A DNA stretch of 64,000 bases from Acidobacteriota bacterium (GCA_040755995.1 JBFMAF010000023.1:64001-128000), one strand, 5' to 3'; counted from the stretch's first letter, positions 50,090-59,737 are shown. Numbers and translations are program-made. The notes: generated by a model from the sequence alone, not told the origin.

Positions 50090-51098
50090 GATCGCCCTCC
50101 AGAATCATTTGGTCCTTGCCCACGCCTCGTCGCAGCATCCGCCCGACCGCACTGGCGAGTTCTGACGGCGGCAAGCCGCCGCCCGGTTTCTTGAGGACAA
50201 GGTCCTCCTCCTGGAGAACGGTGCCGGCTGGCAGATCGCGGCGAGCCACGACGCTCTTGCCAAAAGCGACGCGCAACGCCACGGTCTTCTCCGCCAGCAA
50301 GTTCTTGTCCACTGGGCAGGAGAGTGCCCTTTCGATGAAGCGGATGCCTCTGACCAGCTCCCGGAGTTCCTCGATCGTCACTGAAGCGCAAACGTCTGGG
50401 CCAAAGGCGTGCCGAGAAAGCGTAACATGAACTTCGACGACTCTGGCGCCGAGAGCGACTGCAGCGAGAGAGGGGAAGATCGTTCCCGAATGATCCGAAA
50501 GACCAACCGGACACGCGTATCGTCGGCGGAGTTCAGTCAGCACGTTGAGTCCCACCAGCTCCGGTGTGGTCGGGTAGGCTGAGGTGCATTGCAGGACAGC
50601 GAGGCGGGCGCCGTGACTGCGCAGCACGTCGACAGCAGCGTCGAGGTCGGCCCAAGAACTCATGCCACTTGAGAGGAGAACGGGTCTGCCGGTTTGCGCC
50701 AAACGCTCGATCATCGACAGGTTAGACACCTCTCCTGAGGCGACTTTCCAAGCCGCCACCCCCACTCTCATGAGCAGTTCCACCGCCTCGGCAGAGAACG
50801 GCGAACTGAGGAACTGCAGTCCACTTTCGACGGCGTGCTGCTTGAGGCCATGCCACTGCTCTTCGGTGAACTCCATGCGCTTCCAGTAGTCGTAGCGTGT
50901 GAGATCCTGCTGACTGAATTTGACCCGCCAAGGTTCGCCGGGGGTGCTTTCCGCCGATGCAATGTGTGTCTGGAATTTGGCTGCATCGGCTCCCGCTTTC
51001 GCAATGGCGTCGATGAGGGCATGCGCGGTCCCCAGGCTTCCGTCGTGCGCTTGGGCGACCTCGGCGACGACAAGGCACGCGCTGGATTCGAGGATCAT
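50082..51098 (-). CDS. neuB: N-acetylneuraminate synthase family with SAF domain
   Basis: AEVAQAHDG, KFQT, KVASGE, CTSAYP and GLSDHS motifs. Confidence 0.92.
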   Translation of the reverse strand: MILESSACLVVAEVAQAHDGSLGTAHALIDAIAKAGADAAKFQTHIASAESTPGEPWRVKFSQQDLTRYDYWKRMEFTEEQWHGLKQHAVESGLQFLSSPFSAEAVELLMRVGVAAWKVASGEVSNLSMIERLAQTGRPVLLSSGMSSWADLDAAVDVLRSHGARLAVLQCTSAYPTTPELVGLNVLTELRRRYACPVGLSDHSGTIFPSLAAVALGARVVEVHVTLSRHAFGPDVCASVTIEELRELVRGIRFIERALSCPVDKNLLAEKTVALRVAFGKSVVARRDLPAGTVLQEEDLVLKKPGGGLPPSELASAVGRMLRRGVGKDQMILEGDLV

Positions 51099-52087
51099 GC
51101 GCCGTACTCCGCGAGGTAGTCTTGGATGACACCTGCGAGCTCCCCCGCCTCCGGGCGATGCGTGGCGTTCTTGTACGCCTCGACCCACCTCCAGCTCAAC
51201 AGCTCCTCCCGTGGCAGCGGGTACGCACGCTTCGTGTAGTGAAGGACGCGGGCCGGCCCTTCCGCGGGTGGAGTCTTAAGGTACTGGTTGTATCGGTAGT
51301 CGAGGACTGACATCGCCACCCGATGCTTCAGCAGCGCCATTGCCAGCCCGAGCATCTCGCTGTAGATCCTCTGGTAATGCATCCCGAGCGTGAAAGGAGT
51401 TCTCGGAATGAGCCTGACCAACCTGCGATTTAGCTCGAAGACCACCCGTCCCCCGAGGCCGAACCGACCGTACAGCGACAGCTCGTGGCAGTTCCTCACG
51501 ACGTCCTCTCGAATCCTCTCGACAGTGCTCCTGGTCATCACGTACACACCACCGCAGAAGTACGGAAAGGGAGCTCGCCTGAACCCGCCCTCCAGCTGGG
51601 GGTAGTTGGGGCGGAAATGATGCAGGATGTCGCCGTACAGCGCCCTCACCTCCCACGGAGTCATGCGAGCGTATTTCCTCAGCATTGCGGCCGAGTTCCA
51701 AACGAGATAGTTGGTGGCTGGCGTCCCGGCAAAGCCCAGTTGCCCCGCGTCGAGGCCCTCGAAAAGCCCCTCTATCGTTCGGAGCACAACGATGTCGCAA
51801 TCGAAATTGACAAGGAAATCGTAGTCCTCCGAGACTGCGTAGAGGTAGTTGAATCGGTTGGCCGTGGGGCAATGGAACGATATGCGAGGCATTACCCGAA
51901 CGCATGCGCCGAATCTTCCACCGAGCTCTTGCTCTACCGCCGCGCCGGGGCCGGAGCCGTTGAAGATGACTGTGAACGGCGCACTTCCCACGAACCCCGA
52001 TCTCCTCCTGAAGCTATGTAGAAGCAGCCTAATCTGGTTGACGTACGCCGGGGAAGCTTCGCCCACGGTGGTCACGTGGATCCGCAT
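51095..52087 (-). CDS. Hypothetical protein, probable GT-A fold glycosyltransferase
   Basis: FDCDIVV (DxD), YFCGGV, YN and LHY motifs. Confidence 0.55.
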   Translation of the reverse strand: MRIHVTTVGEASPAYVNQIRLLLHSFRRRSGFVGSAPFTVIFNGSGPGAAVEQELGGRFGACVRVMPRISFHCPTANRFNYLYAVSEDYDFLVNFDCDIVVLRTIEGLFEGLDAGQLGFAGTPATNYLVWNSAAMLRKYARMTPWEVRALYGDILHHFRPNYPQLEGGFRRAPFPYFCGGVYVMTRSTVERIREDVVRNCHELSLYGRFGLGGRVVFELNRRLVRLIPRTPFTLGMHYQRIYSEMLGLAMALLKHRVAMSVLDYRYNQYLKTPPAEGPARVLHYTKRAYPLPREELLSWRWVEAYKNATHRPEAGELAGVIQDYLAEYGA

Positions 52088-52133
52088 CTTGAGGAGTCCC
52101 CTGTCACCTTAGGAAGTCGCTTCCCCGTGGCGT

Positions 52134-52808
52134 TCACGGGATTCGCCGGAAGACGATCCAGTCGTGCACATGAGACGGTGCCCGCGAAACCATGAACTGG
52201 GTATACTCGGGCACAACAGTCGCCGTGAGGCCGCACTGCGCCGCAACGGCTTCCACTGTCGCACGGCGGAAGTAGGTGACGCAGGGGTACTGCCACGACG
52301 TGCAGTTCGAATCCCCACCGTCTGGGCTACCGCGGCTTCCGAAGGGATTCCCTTCGCTCAGCCTGATCGAGGCGAGAATCCGGCCCTCCGGGCTGAGGGC
52401 TTTCTCGGCGTTCACGAGAAACTGCGGCAGTTGGTGACCTGCACAGTGTGACAGTACCGAGTGCGAATAGATCAGGTCGAAAAGAACGCCGATCGTCGTG
52501 GCGTCAAAATCATGGCAGCTGAGAAAGACCGGTCGCTTGTTCTTGACCAGTCGCCGGATCTTGGGGATCTCCAGCGCCGCTTTGATGAGCCACTCGCCGG
52601 GCTCGATCCCCACGTAGTTCCCGGCGTCGAGGTAGTGCATAATCCACCGCCCGGCATTGAGGCAGCCGCACCCAACCTCGAGGACACGCGACCTGGGGGT
52701 GCAGCCTTCGCGTTTGAGGAGCTCGAGATGAAGCCTCCCTTGGCCCGGCCTAGAGCTCACGTACCTCCTGGCCGCCTCGAATTCCCGGCTGAGGATGCCG
52801 AGGCGCAT
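52134..52808 (-). CDS. Class I SAM-dependent methyltransferase
   Basis: VLEVGCGCL and FDLIYSHSVLSH motifs. Confidence 0.85.
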   Translation of the reverse strand: MRLGILSREFEAARRYVSSRPGQGRLHLELLKREGCTPRSRVLEVGCGCLNAGRWIMHYLDAGNYVGIEPGEWLIKAALEIPKIRRLVKNKRPVFLSCHDFDATTIGVLFDLIYSHSVLSHCAGHQLPQFLVNAEKALSPEGRILASIRLSEGNPFGSRGSPDGGDSNCTSWQYPCVTYFRRATVEAVAAQCGLTATVVPEYTQFMVSRAPSHVHDWIVFRRIP

Positions 52809-53040
52809 CGCTGCCTCGGTGAGAGCGGCGCGCGCCGCCAGGGCGAAAGGCCGAAGGCCAGCCTTCTCGATGCCCCCCGACAGAGTGCGATGGAGCTTTC
52901 TGATCGTCAGGTTCAGTCGCTCACCTCTCGGCCTGCGAGTGATGGCGGGTGGGCCACATCATCGCGCGCACGGCGATGTTGCTTCAATGTCAAGGGCGCT
53001 CTCCACTCGAGGACACGGTTCCGCCCACACGCAAGCACGC

Positions 53041-54675
53041 TCACGCGGCCCCGTGCGGGCGATTGCGCTGCCAGGGACGGTACCGCCAGAGGTCCCGCCC
53101 CAGCCATGCAGTGCCTAGGACTGCACCGCCCCCTGCAATCGCTGCGCCCCCAAGGACGAGGTCTGCCCATGATTCCGGTCGGGGAATTCCGAGCCGCGAG
53201 AGACCCCAGGCAGCGGAGAGCATCAGGCAGGGGACCGACACAAGCGAGAAAGCCGTACTCAGCATTCCGTTGCCCGGGGATAGCCAAGCAAGGCTTGGCG
53301 CTGCAGCAAAGGGCAAAGCAACTAACAGCTCCCCGGCGATCGCCGCAGCGAGCACTCCCTGGATGCCCCACGTAGGCGCGAGAAGAACGCTTAGAATCAC
53401 CGTGACCAGGCCCGCGGCGAGGAGGATCGCGCCCCTTCGCTGGAACTGGAATCGTACTTCCAAGAGGACTGTGAACCCGAAGAGCCAGATGGCCCCTGCC
53501 GTCAAGGTCGCGACAAGCAGGTTGGCCTTCTCTCCGGCGTAATATTCCGCACCCACCCAGCGCGTGACGAAAGGACCGTTCAGGTACCACGTGCCGACGA
53601 AAGCCACCGCCGAGGTCATTCCCATGACCCGAAGGAGGAGTCTCGCCACGGCCTTGGAGCGCTCGTCTGCGCCGCGGTGGACGAGTTGCGTCAGCCCAGG
53701 TCGAAGCTGTACCGCAATCTGGCTTGCCTGCCCGCGCAGCAGGGTAGGGACTGCCACGAGCAACGAGAACTGATTGACCGCCGACATCCCCATTCCCGGA
53801 ATCATTCCCAGGATCACCCGCGAGCTTTGGAAACTCAACAGTGCGCCAACCGTCGCCATTGCCATCCAGCCGCTGAGGGATATCACCTCACCCATCGCCT
53901 GCCACTCGACCGGACCCCTGAGGAGGTCAAGGGTGATTCCGGCTCGCAGAGCCCGCCAGCGGAGCTGCAGGAAGAGGAAGGCCCCTGAGAAGATGGCCGC
54001 AGCAGCCAGCCCGTACAGCGACCACCCGAGTGCCACGAGCGAGACCCCGACGGCGGCGGAGAGAAACGCCGAGGCGGAGGCGTAAAGCGTGTTCTGACCG
54101 ATGAGTTGCCTACCCACAAGCAGACCGGAGAACACCCCGGACGACAGGTACAAGGCGAGCTCAACGCCGAAGGCCACAGTGCATACCTTCGCCATGAAGA
54201 GGGCATCACGAGGCAGGCCCTGGGCGAGGCGTTCGACAAACAGGGAAAGGCCGACTGAGAGGAGAAGCGCTAGGAGCGCGAGGACCTGCTGAGCCTGCCC
54301 CCCAGCGCGGGCCTTCCTCCGAACGGCCTGTCTCTGCTCCTCGGATGCCCCGGGCTGTAGCTCCTTCGCGACGATCGCCGCGACACTCGGGCCCAGGCCA
54401 AGCTGCATCAGCTGCAGGTAGTTCAGCGTTTCGCGAACGAACGAGTTGAAGCCCAGCAATTCGCGCCCCAATCGAGCCAAGTAGAACGGCGTGGCGAGCA
54501 GGCGAATAGCAGCATTGACCGCGAACTTTATGCAGTTCGCCCCAAGTCCCTCCACGACCCGGCGACTGCGACTCGCCGTCCTGCCTTCGGTTCCCCCGGC
54601 TCGCCCTGACATCCAGCCCTTTGACGGCTCGGCGGCTGTGGCTGCGAAGCCGGCGGCGGGGGTTGCTCTTCTCAT
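53041..54675 (-). CDS. Wzx-like polysaccharide flippase
   Basis: About a dozen TM segments; TPFYLARLG and FVTRWVG..YAG patterns; start uncertain. Confidence 0.7.
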   Translation of the reverse strand: MRRATPAAGFAATAAEPSKGWMSGRAGGTEGRTASRSRRVVEGLGANCIKFAVNAAIRLLATPFYLARLGRELLGFNSFVRETLNYLQLMQLGLGPSVAAIVAKELQPGASEEQRQAVRRKARAGGQAQQVLALLALLLSVGLSLFVERLAQGLPRDALFMAKVCTVAFGVELALYLSSGVFSGLLVGRQLIGQNTLYASASAFLSAAVGVSLVALGWSLYGLAAAAIFSGAFLFLQLRWRALRAGITLDLLRGPVEWQAMGEVISLSGWMAMATVGALLSFQSSRVILGMIPGMGMSAVNQFSLLVAVPTLLRGQASQIAVQLRPGLTQLVHRGADERSKAVARLLLRVMGMTSAVAFVGTWYLNGPFVTRWVGAEYYAGEKANLLVATLTAGAIWLFGFTVLLEVRFQFQRRGAILLAAGLVTVILSVLLAPTWGIQGVLAAAIAGELLVALPFAAAPSLAWLSPGNGMLSTAFSLVSVPCLMLSAAWGLSRLGIPRPESWADLVLGGAAIAGGGAVLGTAWLGRDLWRYRPWQRNRPHGAA

Positions 54676-54767
54676 CGTCGCACGCCCGTTCTTGAATTGC
54701 TACCCGACGCAGGACGCCGCACACCGCTGGCACGATCTCCCGTCGCCGCTGCTTGAGAAAGCGACTG

Positions 54768-55772
54768 TCACCCTTTCTGAGCGCACTTCTGTCGTCCAAG
54801 CTCATGGTCGACGACCGTGCGGATGATCTCATCAAGCCCCAGAGTCGGCTTCCACCCCAACAGGGTGCCGATCCGTGAGATATCTGGCACCCGACGGGTC
54901 ATGTCCTCGAAACCGGGAGAATAGGCACGGTCATACGGGACAAACACTATTGGCGACTGGCTTCGCGCAATCCGTTTCACACGCTCAGCCAGCTCCGATA
55001 TGGTCACTTCCTCGGTGCTTCCGATATTGAACACCTGGGTTGGAATTGCTGGATGTTGTGCCAGGCCAGTGATCGCCTTCACGACGTCGTGAACGTGGCA
55101 GAAGCAGCGCGTCTGAGTTCCGTCGCCGTACACCGTGATCGGTTCGCCACGCAGGGCCTGTCGGACGAAGGTGGGCAGCACCATGCCGTACATCCCTGTC
55201 TGCCGGGGGCCCACCGTGTTGAACAGCCGGAAAGGGACGACTTCCAGTCCATGTTCGTTCCTGTAGGCCAGCCCCAGGAACTCGTCCACCATCTTGCTGG
55301 CCGCATACGACCAGCGGCTCCTGGATGTTGGACCGAGGAGGACATCGTCCTCCTCGCTGAAGGGAATGCTGCTTCCTTTCCCATATACCTCCGAACTGCT
55401 CGCAACAAGCACCCTGCAACCGTACCGAAGCGCTGTCTTGAGCACCGCCTCGGTCCCCATTATGTTGGTCTCGATCGTATGCACAGGCCGCTCTACTATC
55501 AGCCTTACCCCGACTGCAGCAGCGAGGTGGACAACGACATCCGCCCTGGACGCTAGGCGGTCCATCACGACGGCGTCCAGTATGTCGGCCCGGGCGAAAT
55601 GGAACTTGGGGTTGGGGCGAAGGTGAGCTATGTTCTCGAGTCGGCCCGTCGATAGGTCGTCGATTACCAACACCTCGTGCCCCTGCGCTAGCAGCGCCTC
55701 GGCGAGATGAGAGCCGATGAATCCGGCCCCGCCGGTGACCAAATATGTCCGGGAGCCTCCTGATTTCAGCAC
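54768..55772 (-). CDS. NAD-dependent epimerase/dehydratase
   Basis: GGAGFIGSH, SSSEVYGK, YAASK and RLFNTVGPRQ motifs. Confidence 0.92.
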   Translation of the reverse strand: MLKSGGSRTYLVTGGAGFIGSHLAEALLAQGHEVLVIDDLSTGRLENIAHLRPNPKFHFARADILDAVVMDRLASRADVVVHLAAAVGVRLIVERPVHTIETNIMGTEAVLKTALRYGCRVLVASSSEVYGKGSSIPFSEEDDVLLGPTSRSRWSYAASKMVDEFLGLAYRNEHGLEVVPFRLFNTVGPRQTGMYGMVLPTFVRQALRGEPITVYGDGTQTRCFCHVHDVVKAITGLAQHPAIPTQVFNIGSTEEVTISELAERVKRIARSQSPIVFVPYDRAYSPGFEDMTRRVPDISRIGTLLGWKPTLGLDEIIRTVVDHELGRQKCAQKG

Positions 55773-55867
55773 GTATACCGTCCGATCATGATTCCTCAGA
55801 CGAGGGTCCGGTTGCGGCCCGTCTTCCGCTGAGTTCCTTCGGGCGCATAGGAGATCAAGCGATGGCT

Positions 55868-56188
55868 CACAAGGGGCTTCTCGCAGATCGCATCGGTCCC
55901 GTTCCGTAGCGCCAGGCGGATGTGCGCGTCATGCAGGTAGTTGGGAGAACAGACCGAAACCCAATGCACACGCTTCTCCTCCGGCCCGCGCCGCAGCTTG
56001 TCCAGGTGACGGTCGAATCGCTCGATCTCCGGAAAGAATCGCACGTCGAACGAGAAGCGGTCCAGCACACCCACGGCGTCATGCGGATCGGCGGCCGCCA
56101 CGAGGCGGTTGCCGGTGTCAGCGATCGCCTTCATGTGGCGTGAAGCCACGTAGCCGGCTGCGCCGATCAGTGCGAAATTCAGTGCCAA
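55868..56188 (-). pseudogene. wbpB: WbpB N-terminal (NAD-binding) half
   Basis: NFALIGAAGYVASRH...SVCSPNYLHDAHIRLALRNGTDAICEKPLV, after which the similarity ends. Confidence 0.88.
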
Positions 56189-56194
56189 TGCGGA

Positions 56195-56239
56195 GCCCTC
56201 GGCGATGTTGCTGGGAATGGAGACCGCCGCACGCCGCAT
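56195..56239 (-). pseudogene. Four-helix-bundle protein fragment
   Basis: MRRAAVSIPSNIAEG, the family signature, in frame with the wbpB N-half. Confidence 0.8.
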
Positions 56240-56240
56240 C

Positions 56241-56350
56241 GGACCGAAGACGAAAGACGGTAGACGGAAGACGACAGAGGGAAGACGGAAGACGGACGGG
56301 GCAGCTCGCAGAGCAAGCTGTCAGACTGCCCACTCTTCTGTCGTCTCACG
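56241..56350. repeat. Heptamer-arm element R12
   Basis: gaagacgaaagacggtagacggaagacgacagagggaagacggaagacgg...cgtctca; ends at the Rpn stop. Confidence 0.85.
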
Positions 56351-57365
56351 CACGGTAGATCCGCTGCAGCTCTTCGAGCGAGCCCACTGTCTTCAGGCTT
56401 GCCTGGATGGCCCTCAGTACATGCACATCCGAGATCTTGCAGATCTCGGGAAAGAGCCTCAGACCCTCTGCGCCGAACCGCAGCTGTAACCCGATCTCGA
56501 TGCCCGCAAGCAGCCCCTCGCGTAGGCCCTGCTCCACGCCCTGCTGGAGACCCTGCTGCATCCCCTGCTGCATGCCCTGCTGGAGGCCCTCCGCTCGGCC
56601 CTCCTCGATCCATTCCTCTGCGATCGTTTTCGACATCTCCGCTCCCTCCGGCCACGACGCGGCCTCGACCACGCTCCTCAGATCCTCTCGAGTGATCTTG
56701 TCGGTGGCCTGTGACAAGTATCGCAGGATCGTTGCCAGTTTTTCAAGTCCGGTCCTCTCCTTCGAAAGCTGGCGTGCAAGGGACATGATGTCCGGCAGCT
56801 TGTCTCTCAGGTCATCTCGGTGCATATACTTCAGTACCAGCAACGCCAGAGCCAGCGTCGCTTGACGCTTGAGCAGCCCATCGTCGATGCCGGACAGGTC
56901 GCAGAGGCAGTACTGGTACTCGGGAACGAACCTCTTGAGCTCCTCCTGTGGCCGAATCAGGCCGTGCAGATTCGTCGCGACCTTCCACCTCGCCTCGCCG
57001 TGATAGAGGACTACAGGTACTATCGGCCAAACCCCCGTTCCCTGCTTGACCGAGTGTTCCCATATTTTCAACATGTACCGTAGCAACTGCAGGGCAACCA
57101 GCGGCTCGGGGTAGCTCTTGTGCTCGAAGAGAAGGTAGACAAAGACCCCCGAACCGTCCCTGAGGCTTGCCTTGTACAAAACGTCCGAGAAATGCTCGCG
57201 AAGCCCCTCGTCCACGAACGAATCCTTCTCCATCTCGAGCGACGATTCATCGATGATGTCAACGACATCGGCCGGCAAGTAGCCCGTGACGAAATCCCGA
57301 GCGTTCTCGGGACGGGAAAGAATCTCCTTGAAGAACCGATCGTGAGGGTTCGCTATTTCAGACAT
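56346..57365 (-). CDS. Rpn/YhgA-family recombination-promoting nuclease
   Basis: NPHDRFFK, SFVD..L..HFSDVLY, FEHKS, QLLRYM and PVVLYHG motifs; (Q/E)(Q/E)G(L/M) repeat linker. Confidence 0.92.
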   Translation of the reverse strand: MSEIANPHDRFFKEILSRPENARDFVTGYLPADVVDIIDESSLEMEKDSFVDEGLREHFSDVLYKASLRDGSGVFVYLLFEHKSYPEPLVALQLLRYMLKIWEHSVKQGTGVWPIVPVVLYHGEARWKVATNLHGLIRPQEELKRFVPEYQYCLCDLSGIDDGLLKRQATLALALLVLKYMHRDDLRDKLPDIMSLARQLSKERTGLEKLATILRYLSQATDKITREDLRSVVEAASWPEGAEMSKTIAEEWIEEGRAEGLQQGMQQGMQQGLQQGVEQGLREGLLAGIEIGLQLRFGAEGLRLFPEICKISDVHVLRAIQASLKTVGSLEELQRIYRA

Positions 57366-57385
57366 CGTTCCCGCATCCGTTCACA

Positions 57386-57450
57386 GGGACGGGAGACGTT
57401 AGACGAAACACGGGGACGGCGTCGGCGTCTCACGTCTACCCTCTCACGTC
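57386..57450. repeat. Heptamer-arm element R13
   Basis: gggacgggagacgttagacgaaacacggggacg...cgtctcacgtctaccctctcacgtc. Confidence 0.8.
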
Positions 57451-57775
57451 CTGCGTCGTTGAATCGATGCAATGAGCCCTGAAAGCAGGGCGAAGACTCC
57501 TTCGAGATCCGTGCTCAGGGACCCGAGAGTATCATCGGGGAAATAGGAAAGCTCGCGGGCGATTCTCGCCTGCGTCTCGAGCTCCATCACCGAACCGCGG
57601 GCGAGAGACGGAAAACGAGAGACGTAGGACGGAAGACGGAGACGGCCGCACGCCGCATCTGGCTTGCCATGCCATAGAGCTCCTCCTTGGTGAAACGTGC
57701 GGTCACTGTGTAGACCTGTCTCACCAGCGCCATCGCCCTTTGCCAGACCTCCAAGTCATAGTGCCTACCGCGCAC
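57444..57775 (-). pseudogene. Four-helix-bundle (23S rRNA IVP-like) protein whose centre is replaced by repeat arm R14 (57603-57645)
   Basis: HYDLEVWQRAMALV..Y..T..F.KEELYGMASQMRRAAVS / repeat arm / ARGSVMELETQ..IARELSY...LLSGLI*. Confidence 0.88.
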
Positions 57776-58098
57776 CTCTCTGACCTGTCTCCTCAGCGCC
57801 AGTTTTCAAGTCTCAGTGTATACCCCAGGGCTTGCAAGCGCTGATAGTGGTCCGTGTTGCCTGTAACCAGGGTCAGCCCGTTCGCAACGCCGTAGAGGCG
57901 CGGTCTCGCGACTCAGCATCGCCTCCTGTTCGACACCATCGATCAGATCCGGCTCCTCAGCGAAGAGTCCGAGCGGCGACTGCGGCCCAGTCCGCTGCTC
58001 GAGGAACACCTCTACCGCCTCAGCGACCATCTCGGCCTCGGAGCGGTGTTCCTGTCGCGCGGCTTGACAAAGCTTCTGATAGGGACGATCAGCAGCAT

Positions 58099-58281
58099 TC
58101 AGCGGTATAGCCGTTGCAGCTCATCGAGCGAGCTGACCGTCTTCAGGGCTTCTCGAATGACCTTCAGGACCTCCACATCCGAAATCCTGCTAATCTCTGG
58201 TACAAGCCTCAGCGCGTCCAAGCCAAACCGCAGCTGCAATCCAAGCTCGATAGCTGAGATGCGCCCCTGGTGAAGGCCTTC
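58099..58281 (-). pseudogene. Orphan Rpn C-terminal module A
   Basis: EGLHQGRISAIELGLQLRFG..ALRLVPEISRISDVEVLKVI..LDELQRLYR*. Confidence 0.8.
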
Positions 58282-58285
58282 GGCA

Positions 58286-58365
58286 CGGAAGACGCAAGAC
58301 CTAAGATGGGAAACGACGGCGCGTCTGACGTCTCTCGTCCAACGTCTTCCGTCTCTCGTTCTCAC
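58286..58365. repeat. Heptamer-arm element R15
   Basis: cggaagacgcaagacctaagatggg...cgtctgacgtctctcgtccaacgtcttccgtctctcg. Confidence 0.85.
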
Positions 58366-58375
58366 GCAAGGCGCA

Positions 58376-58840
58376 TCACGCCGGAATGGAGACCGGCACG
58401 AGCGCGAGTCGCAGGCCCAGCGCCTCGGCAACCTCGCGCAACTTGGCCACGGAGAAATCCTTCTTCCCGGCCAGCACCTGCGACAAAAATGCCTCGCGAA
58501 TCCCGGTCGTCTTGCAGAAGTTGCATCGCGACCCGAATTTTTCCTCGATCCGGTCAACGATGTAGTCTCGATAGTCCGGCGGGGCAACCAAGCCCTGGGA
58601 TATGCCCAACCTCATCTCCAAATCCTGAGCAATCCGATAGAGAGGGTGTCTCATCCTCTCCTTCGGGGACGGGGACAGCATGGCATCCGCCAATTCCTTC
58701 TGCCACAGAACAGAGAATCGCCCCCACTCAACCCCCGACTCGAAGTACTGCATCAGGCGCCGCAGCGCCTGCCGCTGCGCACTTGTGAGCTGCATCAGAT
58801 CGAATTGCCTCCCCGTCAGTGTCTCATAACGGCGAATCAT
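58376..58840 (-). CDS. XRE-family HTH protein
   Basis: C-terminal GIREAFLSQVLAGKKDFSVAKLREVAEALG. Confidence 0.7.
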   Translation of the reverse strand: MIRRYETLTGRQFDLMQLTSAQRQALRRLMQYFESGVEWGRFSVLWQKELADAMLSPSPKERMRHPLYRIAQDLEMRLGISQGLVAPPDYRDYIVDRIEEKFGSRCNFCKTTGIREAFLSQVLAGKKDFSVAKLREVAEALGLRLALVPVSIPA

Positions 58841-58914
58841 ACGGGCCTCCCTCAAAGTACTCGGCCTCCCCGCGTATCACCACGCGAATACATTGCTGAA
58901 TAAATGTTAGGCAT

Positions 58915-59074
58915 ACTCGTCGGAGAATCAAGCGCAGCTCGTCCACATCCGAGATCTTGTATATCTCAGGCAGCAGCCTCACCCCGTCCGCACCAAAGCG
59001 CAGTTCCAATCGCAGCTCGATAGCTGAGAGCAGGCCCTGATGAAGGCCCTCAGCCCGGCCCTCGGCTCGGCCCG
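58915..59074 (-). pseudogene. Orphan Rpn C-terminal module B
   Basis: GRAEGRAEGLHQGLLSAIELRLELRFGADGVRLLPEIYKISDVDELR. Confidence 0.8.
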
Positions 59075-59215
59075 GGATGGGAGATGAAAGACGGGAGACG
59101 AAAGACCAGAAGGCCGGGGCAAGCAGCAGCCCACCTCTCACGTCTCTCGTCTAACATCTCACGTCTAACGTCTTCCGTCTCCCGTCCTGGGGACACTCCG
59201 TCCTCGTCACGTTCC
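59075..59215 (-). repeat. Heptamer-arm hairpin element R16 plus 27-bp flanking motif
   Basis: aaagacgggagacgaaagac...gcaagcagcagcccac...cgtctctcgtctaacatctcacgtctaacgtcttccgtctcccgtc + ggggacactccgtcctcgtcacgttcc. Confidence 0.88.
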
Positions 59216-59290
59216 GAAAACCCGGAGCCGCGTCGCCGGTGGGGTCGGCCACAGAAGTACATGGTACGAGCATGTGAACCGAACGTCAAT

Positions 59291-59385
59291 AACGGAAGAC
59301 GAGCGACGGGAGACGGGAAATGGCAGACGGAAGATGGGGAAGGGGGACGCGTCTTACGTCTAACGTCTCTCTTCTCTCGTATCAC
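59291..59385. repeat. Heptamer-arm element R17
   Basis: cggaagacgagcgacgggagacggga..agacggaaga...cgtcttacgtctaacgtctct. Confidence 0.85.
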
Positions 59386-59505
59386 GTGCGGTAGATACGG
59401 CGCAGCTCGTCGAGCGGTCGGGCCGTCTTGACGCCTTCGTGGATCGCCTTGAGGACATCCACGCCGGAGATCTTCCCGATCTCGGGCATAATGCGCTGCA
59501 GCTCT
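59382..59505 (-). pseudogene. Orphan Rpn C-terminal module C
   Basis: LQRIMPEIGKISGVDVLKAIHEGVKTARPLDELRRIYRT*. Confidence 0.75.
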
Positions 59506-59518
59506 CGGCCTTGCCGCG

Positions 59519-59737
59519 CTAGGCGGTGGCAATCAGCACGCGTTCTACCTCTTCGGGGAGCTCGATGAAAACGAAATGGTTCACCTGGTACAGATAGTCT
59601 TCGCCGTCCTCGTCGACTATGCGGACCAGATCATCCGGCTCCGCCCGTTCGTCGGGAATGACCTCGTATATCTTTCTTGGAATCAAGGAGGCTTTGTAGC
59701 CTCTGTTGTGAACGCAGATCGCGTATCGAGTTCTCAT
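59519..59737 (-). CDS. Small conserved hypothetical protein
   Basis: AICVHN.GY.ASL..RKIY...D..LVRIVDEDGEDYLY; preceded by the cut 3' end (DMKIKLYLE*) of a partner ORF. Confidence 0.65.
   Translation of the reverse strand: MRTRYAICVHNRGYKASLIPRKIYEVIPDERAEPDDLVRIVDEDGEDYLYQVNHFVFIELPEEVERVLIATA

Noticed and set aside
56346..57365. Rpn gene as an IS transposase
   Set aside because: The family is often labelled a putative transposase, but no terminal inverted repeats or target duplication are visible and characterised members are nucleases.
56195..57775. Diversity-generating retroelement (four-helix bundle as Avd, repeated gene tails as TR/VR)
   Set aside because: No reverse transcriptase in the window, the protein has the IVP-type SIPSNIAEG signature, and differences between repeated tails are not visibly restricted to adenines.
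57806..58030. Possible antitoxin/PIN remnant
   Set aside because: Only a weak resemblance, with no clear start or complete partner.
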